Part shown: positions 9,210 to 20,531 of the stretch, one piece after another | Layout of the letters: every line of letters starts with the position of its first letter | Position numbering within the stretch: position 1 is the stretch's first letter | NCBI GenBank assembly: GCA_963790305.1 | Contig: CAWBOC010000005.1 | Coordinates: 768,001 to 832,000, forward strand | Origin: an uncultured Gemmatimonadaceae bacterium | GTDB taxonomy: Bacteria > Gemmatimonadota > Gemmatimonadetes > Gemmatimonadales > Gemmatimonadaceae | Direction: 5' to 3' | Length of the DNA stretch: 64,000 nt | The notes under the pieces: generated by a model | Databases searched by the model: none | Told to the model about the DNA's origin: nothing | Seen by the model: the letters and a program-made list of their open reading frames with translations, nothing else | Made by a program: the position numbers and the translations under genes

Positions 9210-10826
9210 ATGAAAGTGCTCACAGTTGCCGCCCTGATTGCGGCAATGCTGTTTCCCGCGAGCGACGCGCGCGCACAGCCCACGCAGCAACACGATTTGG
9301 GAACGGTCGAGTTCGCCGTCTCCTGCTCGCCCGGGGCGCAAACGCAGTTCAATCGCGCCGTCGCGCTGCTGCACCACATGACGTACCCGCAGGCGCGCGA
9401 GGCCTTTCAGCAGGTAACCAAGGTCGATCCAACATGTGCGATGGCGCATTGGGGCATCGCCATGACGCTCTTTCAGCCGCTCTGGCCCACGCGGCCAGGT
9501 CCCGCCGAGCTTCAGCGTGGATGGCAAGAGGTTCAGGCCGCCGCGAAACTCGGACCTCCCACGGAGCGAGAGCGCCTGTTCGTGGAGAGCGCGGCGGCCT
9601 TCTTCCAAACCGGCTCGCTCGACTATTGGCAGCGGATTCGCCAATGGGAAGAAGCGATGGCGAAGGCATATCGTGCGTTCCCGCAGGATCCCAATGCGAC
9701 CGCGTTCTATGCGCTGGCGCACCTGGCCGCGGCCCCCGCCGACGCAGGTGCTCGCGCCCACTACGATCGCGCCGCGGAGCTGTTGCTCCCCGTCCACGAG
9801 AGGAACCCGGATCATCCGGGCGCGATGCACTACCTGGTTCATGCGAATGATGCCGTCGGGCGCGAGCGGGAATCACCTGCCATCGTGCGCAAGTACGACG
9901 CGTCGGCTCCGCAGAATCCCCACGCGCTCCACATGCCGACGCACATCTTCGTCCGCCTCGGCGACTGGGACGGCGTGATTCGCGGCAACCTCCGGGCGGC
10001 GGAGGCCGCGCTCGCGCATCCGGCCGGAGACGAAGGGCAATTCGTGTGGGACGAGTTTCCTCATGCAATCGAATACGCCGTATACGCGTATCTCCAGCAG
10101 GGCGCCAATGAGCTCGCCGCCACGCAGGTGAAGCGACTGGTCACAACAGCCCGCCTCGAGCCGACGTTCAAGACGGCGTTCCATCTCGCGTCCACCCAGG
10201 CTCGGTACGCGCTCGAGCGGCATGCCTGGCGCGAGGCGGTGTCGTTGCAGCCGCGAGAGCCCGCGGCATTGAGCTGGGATCGCTTCAAGTGGCCGGAGGC
10301 AGTGACCTGGTTTGCGCGCGGTCTCGGGGCGGTCCATCTCCGTGAGAGTGCCGTCGCGCAAACGGCCGCTCAGCGCCTGACAGAGCTCGAGACGACCGCC
10401 GGCACGAGCGGCGAGGTCCTGTTCGCCCGGCACATCCGCGTCCTTCGTCTGGCGGTGGACGCGTGGCGCGCCCACGCCGTGCAGCAGCGCGATTCGAGCG
10501 TGAAGCTGATGCGCGAGGCCGTGGCCCTCGAGGAGTCGACGCCAAAGCACGCCGTCACTCCGGGTCCGACGTTGCCGGCATCCGAGCTGCTCGGAGATCT
10601 TCTGCTGGCGCAGGCGCGCCCAGCGGAGGCCCTCGTTGCCTACCAGCGTTCGTTGAGCCTCTATCCGCGACGGTTCAACAGCCTGCTCGGCGTCGCGCGA
10701 GCCGCGCGTGCGTCAGGGAACCGAGCGCTCGCCCGGACTGCCTACGAGGAGCTGCTCGTCGTCGCCGGGAAAAGCACGCGGCACGCCGCGCTCCAGGAGG
10801 CGCGCGCGTTCGTCAGGGCGCGTTGA
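9210..10826 (+). CDS. secreted TPR-repeat protein
   Basis: Signal peptide; helical repeats; HPGAMHY..H and HALHMPTHIF motifs. Confidence 0.7.
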   Translation: MKVLTVAALIAAMLFPASDARAQPTQQHDLGTVEFAVSCSPGAQTQFNRAVALLHHMTYPQAREAFQQVTKVDPTCAMAHWGIAMTLFQPLWPTRPGPAELQRGWQEVQAAAKLGPPTERERLFVESAAAFFQTGSLDYWQRIRQWEEAMAKAYRAFPQDPNATAFYALAHLAAAPADAGARAHYDRAAELLLPVHERNPDHPGAMHYLVHANDAVGRERESPAIVRKYDASAPQNPHALHMPTHIFVRLGDWDGVIRGNLRAAEAALAHPAGDEGQFVWDEFPHAIEYAVYAYLQQGANELAATQVKRLVTTARLEPTFKTAFHLASTQARYALERHAWREAVSLQPREPAALSWDRFKWPEAVTWFARGLGAVHLRESAVAQTAAQRLTELETTAGTSGEVLFARHIRVLRLAVDAWRAHAVQQRDSSVKLMREAVALEESTPKHAVTPGPTLPASELLGDLLLAQARPAEALVAYQRSLSLYPRRFNSLLGVARAARASGNRALARTAYEELLVVAGKSTRHAALQEARAFVRAR

Positions 10827-10834
10827 GACCTGCC

Positions 10835-11420
10835 TTACGAGTCGCGCTGTCGCCACAGCCTCGGAATCAGCCGGCCGGTGCGCGCTTCGTAGGCCTCGTA
10901 CGGTGCGCCGAACTTGGCGCGGAGCATCGCCTCTTCCTCCGGCAACCCCTTCGATGATTCCTGCGACGAGCAAGGGCCATAGCGCGAGCAGGATCCAATT
11001 CAGCGTGCCAAGCGCCGCGCCAAGCCAGAGGGCCAACGCCCCCGAGTACATCGGGTGGCGCATCCACTGAAACGGACCGTGGGTGATCAACACGTGGTCC
11101 GGCAGGATCGCCAGTCCGGGAATGAGCTGGCGACCGAGGGTTCGTACCGTCCACGCCACGACGCTCACCGCATAGAGGCTTAGCGCGACTCCGAGCACGC
11201 GAAGAATCGGTTGCTCGATCGCCATTCTGCCGATCCCGGACAGAATGATCAGCGGGGGAACCAGCCACGCAACGAGGGCCCCGACTTCCGGGAGCGGCCC
11301 AATCTGCCGCTCGAACGCCGGTCGCTCACGACGAATGCGCGCGACGGTGCTCAAGAAGCCCACAATGTCGAGCGCATAGAGGGCGAGGAACCACAGGCGG
11401 AGCGCGCGATCCACTGTCAT
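10835..11420 (-). CDS. isoprenylcysteine carboxyl methyltransferase / PEMT family membrane protein (frameshift near 10950)
   Basis: LITHGPFQWMRHPMY; the shifted frame gives EEAMLRAKFGAPYEAYEARTGRLIP then stop. Confidence 0.8.
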
Positions 11421-11471
11421 AGACCTCTGCTTTGGCCTAACGGCCGGTCACCTGTTCGCGTGACATCGCGT

Positions 11472-12170
11472 TCAACTCACTCGGGCTGAGAACAGCGCGG
11501 CGCAGCCCACGACCGTGATGGAGACGTCCCGAAAGCGCTGAGTCAGCGCGTGGTGTAACCCTTCGAAATCATCGTGCTCGTTGGAGAAAATACCTCGCTT
11601 GTTGTAAACACCCATCAAGCGCGTCGCCAACCAGGTTCGGGAAACACCGCCCTGCAGCAATGTCGCCCCGAACAGAACGCCATTCGAATTCAGGAGCGGC
11701 CTGAGATGATCGAACGCGACGGCCTTTGACTCGATGGAGCCTGGAAGGCAGTGAAGCAGATAATTGATTCCGACAGAATCGAATCGCGCGGAGGTCAGGG
11801 AAATGGGCTCGAGGACGTTCCGCCGATAGGTCTCGGGTTGGTATCGCGCGATTCGTCGAGACGCATACTCCAGCGCGTTGGGATTGAGGTCCATCAACGC
11901 GATGCGCGGCGTGGACAATGGAAAACGGACGCGATCGAGGAAGTACCCGGTGCCTACCCCGACGTCCAGATGATTCGCCGTGATGTGGCTGTCGTAATGC
12001 GCTTCGAGGTGCCGAGTTGGACATTTCCAGACAAAGCGATTCGAGATGCGCAGCACCAGGAAATCGTAGAGCGCAAGCAACCGTGTCGAATAGATCGCCT
12101 GTCCCGCGACGACCTGCTCCGCATGTGAGCGCGCGGGGGCGCGACCCCGGCGGCCGGCACGTACCGTCAT
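11472..12170 (-). CDS. class I SAM-dependent methyltransferase
   Basis: HLDVGVGTG, LMDLN, YLLHCLPG motifs; start uncertain. Confidence 0.8.
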   Translation of the reverse strand: MTVRAGRRGRAPARSHAEQVVAGQAIYSTRLLALYDFLVLRISNRFVWKCPTRHLEAHYDSHITANHLDVGVGTGYFLDRVRFPLSTPRIALMDLNPNALEYASRRIARYQPETYRRNVLEPISLTSARFDSVGINYLLHCLPGSIESKAVAFDHLRPLLNSNGVLFGATLLQGGVSRTWLATRLMGVYNKRGIFSNEHDDFEGLHHALTQRFRDVSITVVGCAALFSARVS

Positions 12171-12383
12171 CGATGAATCGTCGGGTCTACGCATAACGCC
12201 CATGCGCCGTTAGGCCAAGCGGCAGTGCGACATGTCGTGGGAATGTCGTGATGCGGTGGCCCACGCGCAACTGAACCTCCGGCCGCTGCCACGGGTCAAT
12301 CCGGGCCCCGAAACTTCTGAAGTGGCCTCGTCGTAAAGGGCGGGGCCATACCCGGCCCTCGGATTTCACCCCTTCCGTCTGTC

Positions 12384-13325
12384 ATGCGTACGAGAACCTA
12401 TCCGGACGAGACACCGCGCCCGCGCGCTCCTGCTCTGCTCCTCCTCATGATGGCCGGCATGGCGCTCGCCGGATGTCACCCCGGAAACGCGGACGCAAAA
12501 CAGCTCCGCGGCGCCTGCGATGAGGGAGATGTCGCGGCATGCAACCAGTTCGCGGTCAAGCTCCAGAAGGGAGAGTACGTCCTCCAGGACGACAAGCGAG
12601 CCGCCGAGCTGTTCGAGAAGGCCTGCGCGGGCGGCGTCGGGGACGGGTGCGCCAGCGTCGGAGTCTCCTACCTGCGCGGCCAGGGCGTCAAACGCGATTC
12701 AGCGCGTGCCCTCACGTTCTTTCAACAGGGCTGCGATCGCGGAGGGATGGATGGCTGCGCTCGCCTCGGCCTCGAGTACCAGCGGGGCGCAGGGGTCACC
12801 AAGGATCCCGTACGTGCGGCCACGCTCTTTCAAAAGGCATGCGATGGCGGAAACGTCACTGGATGCGCCCGCCTCGGCACCCTCTACGCCAGCGGCGAAG
12901 GCGTTAGGCAGGACTTCGCCAGGGCCGCAGACCTCCTGACGCGATCGTGTAACGCTGACGTAGCCGTCGGGTGTCTTGGGCTCGGCCGCTTGCATGCGAC
13001 GGGTGGCGGTGTCGCCCGAAACGACTCCGCCGCCGCGGCCCTGTTCGACGAAGCATGCAAGGGCAGGGAGGTCGACGGCTGCTTCGCGCGAGCGGTCGTG
13101 TTGCAGGCTGGCCTCGGCGTCAAGCAGAACCTCGAGGAGGCCGCGGATCTATACCGCGAGGCCTGCGAGGACCGACACGGCGAGGCGTGCTTCCGTCTCG
13201 CCGGGATGTACGACACCGGCGCCGGCGTGTACCGCCAGCCTGAGCGCGCCACACGCTTGCGTGGTCGCGCCTGCGATCACGGCTACACGGCGGCGTGCGA
13301 GAAGCCGAAGGCGGCGGCGAGCTGA
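12384..13325 (+). CDS. Cys-rich Sel1-repeat (Hcp-like) lipoprotein
   Basis: Lipobox LAGC; about 7 repeats of A..LF.KAC.GG...GC..LG..Y..G.GV. Confidence 0.85.
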   Translation: MRTRTYPDETPRPRAPALLLLMMAGMALAGCHPGNADAKQLRGACDEGDVAACNQFAVKLQKGEYVLQDDKRAAELFEKACAGGVGDGCASVGVSYLRGQGVKRDSARALTFFQQGCDRGGMDGCARLGLEYQRGAGVTKDPVRAATLFQKACDGGNVTGCARLGTLYASGEGVRQDFARAADLLTRSCNADVAVGCLGLGRLHATGGGVARNDSAAAALFDEACKGREVDGCFARAVVLQAGLGVKQNLEEAADLYREACEDRHGEACFRLAGMYDTGAGVYRQPERATRLRGRACDHGYTAACEKPKAAAS

Positions 13326-14263
13326 TGGCGACCGGAGAAGCGCTGCTCGCCGTCGAGCGCCTGACGAAGCATTACGGCAACGTCGTCGCGCTCAACGACG
13401 TCAGCTTCACCATCACCGACGGCATCACCGGCATCCTCGGCGAGAACGGCGCGGGGAAGAGCACGGCCATCAAGATCTTCCTCGGGCTGCTGCGGCCGAC
13501 GTCGGGTACCGCGACCGTGCTCGGCCAGAACGCGTCGCGAGAGCATCGCGCGTGCGCGCGCGGCTCGGCTACATGCCCGAGCACGACTGTCTGCCGAGCC
13601 AGGTGAGCGCCGCCGAGTTCCTGACTCACATGGCGGAGGTGAGCGGCCTGCCGCCGGCCATGGCGCGAACGCGCGCCGCCGACACGCTGCGCCACGTCGG
13701 GCTGTTCGAGGAGCGGTACCGCGCGATCGGCGGCTACTCGACCGGCATGAAGCAGCGCGTCAAGCTCGGCCAGGCGCTGGTGCACGATCCCGCGTTCGTC
13801 TTCCTCGACGAGCCGACCGCGGGACTCGACCCTGCCGGCCGCGAGGAGATGCTGACGCTGATCCGGAAGACGCACCGCGAGTTCGGCATCAGCGTCCTGT
13901 TCTCCTCGCACCTGATGGCCGACGTCGAGCGCACCTGCGACCGCATCATCGTCCTGCAGGGCGGCCGGCTGGTGCAGTCGGGCGAGGTCGGACAGTTCAC
14001 GAAGGAGACCGAGACGGTCTTCATCGAGGTCGACACCAACCGTGAGGGGCTCGTGGCCGCGCTCGAAGCGGCGCGGCGTCGTGGTGACCGTCGACGGCAG
14101 CGGCCTGACGATCGAAGGTCCCGACGAATCGGTCTACGACCACGTGCGGGACGCGCTGGTCGAGGCCGAGGCGCCGCTGCGGCGGATGGCGCCGCGCCGG
14201 CGCGCGCTGACCGAGCTGTTCGAGCGCGAGTCCGACACCGCATACACGAACGGAGCTGCATGA
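13325..14263 (+). CDS. ABC transporter ATP-binding protein (frameshifts near 13545 and 14070)
   Basis: Walker A GENGAGKS, signature YSTGMKQR, Walker B FLDEP, SSH switch across frames; TGATG overlap with the Sel1 gene. Confidence 0.85.
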
Positions 14264-15209
14264 CAGCCGAAGCGACTGCACAGGCGGAGGTCCACTCGAC
14301 GCAGTCCGCGAGCGGCACCGTCTTCGACATCGGATACCAGAGCTACACCGGCGCGCGCGAAGGCCGGGGCCGATCGCGGCGCGCGGTCTTCAAGGACGGA
14401 GTTCGCACCGCGCTGGGGTTCGGCCGCGGCGCGCGCGCCAAGATCCTTCCCTGGTTCTTCATCGGCGTGCTGGCGGCGATCGCCCTCGTCATGGCGATCA
14501 TTGCGGGCGCCGCCGAGCGGCTGGGCGGACCGGGCACGGCGGAGCGGCTGAACCTGCCGTCGCATTCCGACTTCTACGGGATCGCGTCGATCATCCTGTT
14601 CGTGTTCGCGGCGGTCGTTGGGCCGGAGCTGCTGTGCCGCGACCGGCGCGAGGGCGTGATCAACCTGTATCTCGTGCGGCCGCTCACCGGCTCCGACTAC
14701 ATCGTCGTCGCGGTGGGCGGCGTTCCTCGTCGTGATGCTGGCGGCGGCATGGCTTCCGCAGATCATTCTCTTCCTCGGCCTCTCGATGGGCGACCCGGTG
14801 CCGATGGCAGTATCTGCGCAAGCACTGGCTCGACGTCCCGAGGTTTCTCGCCGCCGGCGTCGGCGATGGCGGCGTACGCGACGACGCTGGCGCTGCTCAC
14901 CGCCTCGTTCACGACGCGGCGCGCGTACGCGTCGGTGTTCCTCGTCGGACTGTTCGTGATCACGGCGCCGTTCACGATCGGCCTCGCGCAGGAGATCGGC
15001 GGCAAGGCCGGGCAATGGATCTCGATGTTCAACCTCACGAACATTCCCGGTGCACGTGAACGACGTGATCTTCGGCGAGGTCAGCGAGATCACCGAGGAC
15101 GCGCCGGCCCGCGCGCTTCGGGTCGGCGGTGCTGGTGAGCTGGTACTTCATCTGGACGCTCGTGCCGGCCGCCATTCTGTGGTGGCGCTACCGGAGGCTG
15201 ACGCCATGA
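14260..15209 (+). CDS. ABC-2 type transporter permease (several frameshifts)
   Basis: Multiple TM segments; DRREGVINLYLVRPL; ATGA overlaps at both ends. Confidence 0.75.
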
Positions 15210-16142
15210 TCGCGACGCCATCCGCCGTCATCCGGGTCGACGGCGTCTCCCGCTGGTTCGGGAGCGTCGTCGCCGTGAGCGACGTGTCGCTTCGACGTGA
15301 TGCCCGGCATCACCGGGCTGCTCGGGCCTAACGGCGCCGGGCAAGACGACGCTGCTCCGCATGATGACCGGCCTCGCCGCCACCTCGACGCGGAACGGTC
15401 ACCGTGTTCGGCGAGCCGGTGCGCGACAACCCGCCGCTCTACCGGCGAATCGGCGTCATGTCGGAGCACGAGACGGTCTACGGCTTCATGAAGGGCCGCG
15501 AGTTCGTGCGCATGATGGGGCGGCTGCGCGGCGTCGACGACCTGGAGCGCGCGGTGGACCGCGCGATCGCGCTCGTCGACCTCGCCGATGCGCAGCACCG
15601 CGCCGATGGACACCTACTCGCGCGGCATGCGGCAGCGGATGCGGCTCGCCGCGACGCTGGTGCACGATCCGGAGATCCTCATTCTCGACGAGCCGCTCAA
15701 CGGCGCCGACCCGCGACAGCGCGTGCACTTCAAGCAGCTGCTCCAGCAGCTCGCCGCGGAGGGCCGGACGATCGTGCTCTCCTCGCACATCCTGGAGGAG
15801 GTCGAGCAGCTGGCGGACACCGTGCTGCTCATCGTGAACGGCAAGCTGGCGGCGTCCGGCGGCTTCCGCGCCATCCGCGCCGCGCTCAACCAGCGGCCGT
15901 ACCACGTGCGCGTGATCTGCGACGCGCCGCGCACGGCTGGCCGCGGCGGTCGTCAGGCTCCGACTCGGTCGATGCGGTGCACGTCGACCCCGACGGCGCG
16001 GTGCGTCGTCCTGAGCCGGAACGTGCTCGATCTCCAGATCGAGCTGCCCCGGCTCGCGCAGTCGGCGTGGATCAGCCTCCGCCGGGTGGAGCCGCTGGAC
16101 GACTCGCTGGAGAGCGTCTTCGGCTACCTGGTGGAGCGCTAG
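15206..16142 (+). CDS. ABC transporter ATP-binding protein (several frameshifts)
   Basis: GPNGAG(KT), YSRGMRQR, ILDEP and SSH motifs across frames. Confidence 0.85.
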
Positions 16143-16144
16143 CG

Positions 16145-16873
16145 ATGGGCTCCGTCTATCGCCTGACGCTGCGCCAGCTGTCCGGCCGCTGGCGCCTCGT
16201 CGATCATGACGGTGCTGGCGGCGATGCCGGTGATCATCGCCGTGCTGATGCTGCGGTCCGACAGCGCGCCCTCGGTCGGGGAGTTCGAGACCGTGGTCCT
16301 GAGCGCGATGCTGGCCGGCTCGATCGCGCCGCTCGTCGTGCTCGCGATCGCGGCCGCCGCGTTCGCCAACGAGATCGAGGACCGGACGCTGGCCAATCTG
16401 ACGCTCTCGCCGATTCCGCGGTGGCAGATCGCGGTGCCCAAGCTCCTGGCGGCGATCACGATCGCGGCGCCGTTCATCGCGGTGAGCGCGCTTCCTGACC
16501 AGCCACGTGGCGTTCCTCGGCGACGCGAGGGCGACCGTCGCCGTCACCGTCTCGGCCGTCGTCGGCGTCGCGCTGTACGCGTCGGCCTTCGTGTGGCTCG
16601 GCCTCGTCACCACGCAGGCGATCGGCATCGGGCTGCTCTACATCGTGCTCTGGGAGGGATTCTTCTCCGGGTTCGTGTCGGGCGTGCGGCTGCTGAGCAT
16701 CCGCCACTATGCGATCGCGCTGATGCACGGACTGGACGAGCGCCGGTTCGCCGCGGGCAATCACCTGAGCCTCAGCGTCGCGATCATCATGTCGGTGCTG
16801 GTGTTCGGCGGGTTCCTGCTGCTCGTCGATTCGGCGGCTGCGCCGGATGGACGTGCCGTTAGGGCGAAGGTGA
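16145..16873 (+). CDS. ABC-2 type transporter permease (several frameshifts; exact end uncertain)
   Basis: EIEDRTL..L...PIPR motif; TM segments; ends near RRLRRMDVP. Confidence 0.7.
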
Positions 16874-18300
16874 TCGAGGTCGTCAGGATGCTCGAGGTGC
16901 TCGAGGAGAGGCACGGCGTTGCCCTCGAGCACCTCGAGCACCTGGACCTCGACCACTGCAACCTCCCACCGCAGCCGTCGACCGAACTCGCGGCGCAAAA
17001 ACCACATCGCCAGCGTGAGCTGCACCAGCACTGTCGCTACGGACAGATACCAGATCCATCGCAGCTGAAAGTCGGGCAGTCGCGCGAGCATCAGCGCGAA
17101 GAGCGACAGCAGTCCAATACGCACGCCCGACGCGACCAGCGAAGGAATGGTGTTCCCCATCGCCTGGAACATGCTCGACGCGACGAAGATCAAACCGGAC
17201 GCGACGAAGTTCCACGAGATGATACGGAGATACTCGGAGCCCACGGCGATCACGGCGGGATCCGTCGAGAACGCCGCCACCATGGACGCGGAAGCGATCT
17301 GGCACGCGATGGCAAAGAGTACCATGGCACCCGCCGCCATCGACGCTGCGTCGCGGAAGGTGCGCGTCACGCGGTCGGCGTGTCGCGCTCCGAAGTTCTG
17401 TCCTGCCACAGGTGCAACGGAGAATCCCAACGCGACGACCGGCATGAATCCAGCCTGGATGATTCGCATCCCGATGCCGAATCCGGCTTGCGCCGCGGCG
17501 CCGAACGGACGCGAAATGGAGTACACGATCGCCAGGTAGACGGCGGTGATGCCGAACTCGAAGCCTGCCGGAAGTCCGATCCCGAGCATCCGCTTCCACA
17601 GGTCGAGTCGCGGGCGCCAATCACGAAGCTCGAACCGCAGGTAGGCGTCGCGAGGAAGGAAGTACGTCGCCAGCCATACGATGCCGACCACGATGGCGAT
17701 GAGCGAAGAGATCGCGGCGCCCGCGACGCCGAGTGGGCGACCCGTTCCCCAGCCGAAGATGAGGAAGGGGGCCAGAATCATGTTGAGAACCACGGTGGCG
17801 CTGGAAACCACCATCCCCGGCTTGAAGTTCCCCACCGCGCGAAGCGCCGACCCCATCGCGACGAGCGCGAACTGAAGCGCCATCGCCGGGATGAACCAGA
17901 GCAGGTACTCGGCGGCGAGCGCGGCAGTCGTCGCGTCGGCGCTCATCGCTCGCGCGTACGGCCACCGCACCGCCATCCCGACGATGAGGAACGCAACCCC
18001 GGTGACCATCGCCAGCACCTGCGACTGGTTGAACAGGAGAAGCGCCTGCTCGTGATCCTTGCGACCGGTTGCATGCGACACGACTGCCGTGGTGCCGACG
18101 CCGAGCATCTGCGTCAACGCGAGGACGATGAAGGTGAGGTTGCCGGCGATACCGACCCCGGCCACCGCCTCCGTCCCCAAACGGCCAACCCAGTACAGGT
18201 CGATCAGGAAGTAGAGCGTCTGAAAGACCATGGTCACGAGCATGAAGCTCGTGGCCTTCAGCAAGTGGCGCGTGATGGGGCCGGTGGTGAGATCCTGCAT
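16474..18300 (-). CDS. MATE family efflux transporter; recognisable protein ends near 16960 and the ORF reads on through a repeat
   Basis: MQDLTTGPI start, D..WVGRLG, GQNFGA, FQAMGNT; about 12 TM. Confidence 0.85.
   Translation of the reverse strand: MQDLTTGPITRHLLKATSFMLVTMVFQTLYFLIDLYWVGRLGTEAVAGVGIAGNLTFIVLALTQMLGVGTTAVVSHATGRKDHEQALLLFNQSQVLAMVTGVAFLIVGMAVRWPYARAMSADATTAALAAEYLLWFIPAMALQFALVAMGSALRAVGNFKPGMVVSSATVVLNMILAPFLIFGWGTGRPLGVAGAAISSLIAIVVGIVWLATYFLPRDAYLRFELRDWRPRLDLWKRMLGIGLPAGFEFGITAVYLAIVYSISRPFGAAAQAGFGIGMRIIQAGFMPVVALGFSVAPVAGQNFGARHADRVTRTFRDAASMAAGAMVLFAIACQIASASMVAAFSTDPAVIAVGSEYLRIISWNFVASGLIFVASSMFQAMGNTIPSLVASGVRIGLLSLFALMLARLPDFQLRWIWYLSVATVLVQLTLAMWFLRREFGRRLRWEVAVVEVQVLEVLEGNAVPLLEHLEHPDDLDHLRPNGTSIRRSRRIDEQQEPAEHQHRHDDRDAEAQVIARGEPALVQSVHQRDRIVADAQQPHARHEPGEESLPEHDVEQPDADRLRGDEAEPHEGRRVQRDADDGRDGDGDGRPRVAEERHVAGQEARSPR
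16866..16964. repeat. palindromic repeat, family A (9-mer TCGAGGT units)
   Basis: GATCGAGGTCGTCAGGATGCTCGAGGTGCTCGAGG ... CCTCGAGCACCTCGAGCACCTGGACCTCGACC. Confidence 0.75.
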
Positions 18301-18309
18301 GGAGGTCGG

Positions 18310-19728
18310 CTAAGAGAGTCGCGGAGGGTTCGGGAGTATCGTCTCATCGACGCCGAACGGCCATCGCTGCGTTTTCCACGACCAGATCAGGAAGACGGCG
18401 CACCCCAGGCCGAGAACGCCCAGACCGAACACGATGACCCTGAGCTGCGTCGTGACGAAAAGGAAGAGCCAGCCGACCAACGCGACCAGAGCGGGCAGCG
18501 GATAGAGCCACATTCGGTACGGGCGCGGCATGTCGGGCGCGCGACGCCGCAGCAGGATCAACCCGAACACCTGTCCCATGAACTGCACGAGAATGCGAGT
18601 GACGATCAGCGCGTCGATGACCGTGCCTAACGAAAAGAACCCGGCGACGATCGAAAGCGCTCCCAGCACCAGCAGCGAGACGTACGGGAACGCCTTTGTC
18701 GGATGCAGCTTGCCGAACGGTCGGAAGAAGTAGCCGCTCTTCGCCGCCGCGAAGGGGATGCGCGAGTACCCCAGGAGCAGCGCGAACACCGACCCGAAGG
18801 CGGTCCACAGGATCAGCAGCGTGAAGATCGTCGCCACACGGTTGCCATAGATCCTCTCCATGAAGACCGAGACGATGAAATTCGACTCCGGGTGCGCGGA
18901 CGCCGGCACGAATTCGCGCCACGGAATCACCCCGATGATCGAGAGATTGATGCCGATGTAGATCGCCGCGACGGCCGCGGTGCTGATGAGAATCGATCGG
19001 GGGATGACGCGGCCCGGGTCGCGCACCTCGTCACCGATGTAGCACACATCGTAGTAACCGAGGTAGTCGTAGATGCCGACGCGTGCCGCCGCGCCGAGTC
19101 CGAGAAAGAAGCCCAGCGAGAAGTTGAACGCGCCCGGCGGGAAGTCGAACGCGATGCGTGGATTGAAGTTCATGGCGCCGGTAACGATCACCGCGAGTAC
19201 GGTGATCAGCGTGCCGACCCACAGCGAGATCGTAATCTTGGCGATCGAGTGAATCTGCCGGTACAGCAGGGCGATGTTCACCAATCCGACCGCGACGATG
19301 AGCACGATTCCTTCGGTACGCGTGAGTCCCTTCCACAGATACGTCGCGTACGAGGCGAAGCCAATGTACCCGGACGCGATCTCCAGCGGGCCGCTGAGCA
19401 GGAACTGCCAGACGAAGAGGAACGCCATCAGCCGGCCGAACCGCGCCGGGCCGAACGCCTCGCGCAGATAGTGGAAGGATCCCCCCGATCCGGGCATCGC
19501 TGCACCCAGCTCGCTCCACACCATCCCGTCGCAGATCACGATGACCAGCGCGACGATCCACCCGAGCAGGGCCTGCGGACCGCCGAGCGCCGACATGAGC
19601 AGCGGAATCGTGATAAAAGGCCCCGCGCCGAGCATGTTCGTCATGTTCAGCGCCGTCGCCGGCAGGAGGCTGAACCGGCGGTGGAGCTGTGGCTGGTCGA
19701 CTGGGGCTTTCGTAGGTTCCATTACCAT
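18310..19728 (-). CDS. APC family amino acid permease
   Basis: MLGAGPF, ELGAAMPGSGG, GDEVRDP; about 12 TM. Confidence 0.88.
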   Translation of the reverse strand: MVMEPTKAPVDQPQLHRRFSLLPATALNMTNMLGAGPFITIPLLMSALGGPQALLGWIVALVIVICDGMVWSELGAAMPGSGGSFHYLREAFGPARFGRLMAFLFVWQFLLSGPLEIASGYIGFASYATYLWKGLTRTEGIVLIVAVGLVNIALLYRQIHSIAKITISLWVGTLITVLAVIVTGAMNFNPRIAFDFPPGAFNFSLGFFLGLGAAARVGIYDYLGYYDVCYIGDEVRDPGRVIPRSILISTAAVAAIYIGINLSIIGVIPWREFVPASAHPESNFIVSVFMERIYGNRVATIFTLLILWTAFGSVFALLLGYSRIPFAAAKSGYFFRPFGKLHPTKAFPYVSLLVLGALSIVAGFFSLGTVIDALIVTRILVQFMGQVFGLILLRRRAPDMPRPYRMWLYPLPALVALVGWLFLFVTTQLRVIVFGLGVLGLGCAVFLIWSWKTQRWPFGVDETILPNPPRLS

Positions 19729-19750
19729 TTCCCCCTCATCGTCCGAGTCT

Positions 19751-20531
19751 ATGCGCGCATTCCTTCACCGACCTGTCGCAGCAGCTGCGCTACTTCTCGT
19801 TTCGAGCGCTGCATGGGGTCAATCCAGTCGTCCGCTGTTGGCGGTGTTCGCTCATCCCGACGACGAGCGTGTCATCGGCCCGCTGTTGTCGCGCCTGTCG
19901 CGAGAAGGACGCGAGGTCCATCTCGTCATTGCCACCGATGGCTCCAAGGGCGTTCGCGATCATGCCGGCATTCCCGCCGGCCCGGCGCTGGCTGCTGCCC
20001 GGAAGCTGGAGGCAGAATGTGCAGCGAAACGGCTGGGTGTGCGACAGCTACACCTGCTCGGCCTGGAGGATGGGGGGCTCGCTTCGTTCGCCAACCTGGC
20101 GCGGCTACGCACTGAGCTGGAGAAGATCATCGGGGGCGTTCAGCCGGAGGCGATCTTCACCTTTGGGCCTGAAGGAGGTACCGGCCATCCCGGATCACCG
20201 TCTCGTGGGGAACGTCGTGACGCAGATCGTGCAGAGCGACGATCGTCACCGAACGGTAGATCTGCTGTATGCGTCCCTTCCCACGGAGCGCCTTCGCAGC
20301 GCACCCCCGTCGTCGCCCGGCGTCAACGGGGTCGCCGAAGATCTATTGACCGTTCGCGTGCCGGTGGAGAATCGGGATGTTGTCGCTGGGCAGGAATCGT
20401 TCGCCTGTCACCGGACGCAGTACACGTCGCCGGAGATGGCCGCGATCAACCGAACGTTGGCGCACGTGTGGAATGGAGTCGCCTACCTTCGCCCGTGGAA
20501 CGGGACTAAGCCGCGGGCAACGATACCGTAA
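19751..20531 (+). CDS. secreted PIG-L/LmbE family deacetylase (frameshift near 20190)
   Basis: AHPDDE, ATDG, GH(P)DH and H.TQ motifs; signal peptide. Confidence 0.8.

Noticed and set aside
12976..15138. 720-aa ATPase-permease fusion ORF
   Set aside because: Artefact of frameshifts joining pieces of separate genes that have their own ATGA-coupled starts.
16507..20115. Long antisense ORFs (e.g. 16507-18630 + beyond its permease-coding first part, 18703-20115 +; also 61591-63309 -)
   Set aside because: These are shadow frames of real genes in high-GC DNA, with no motifs of their own.
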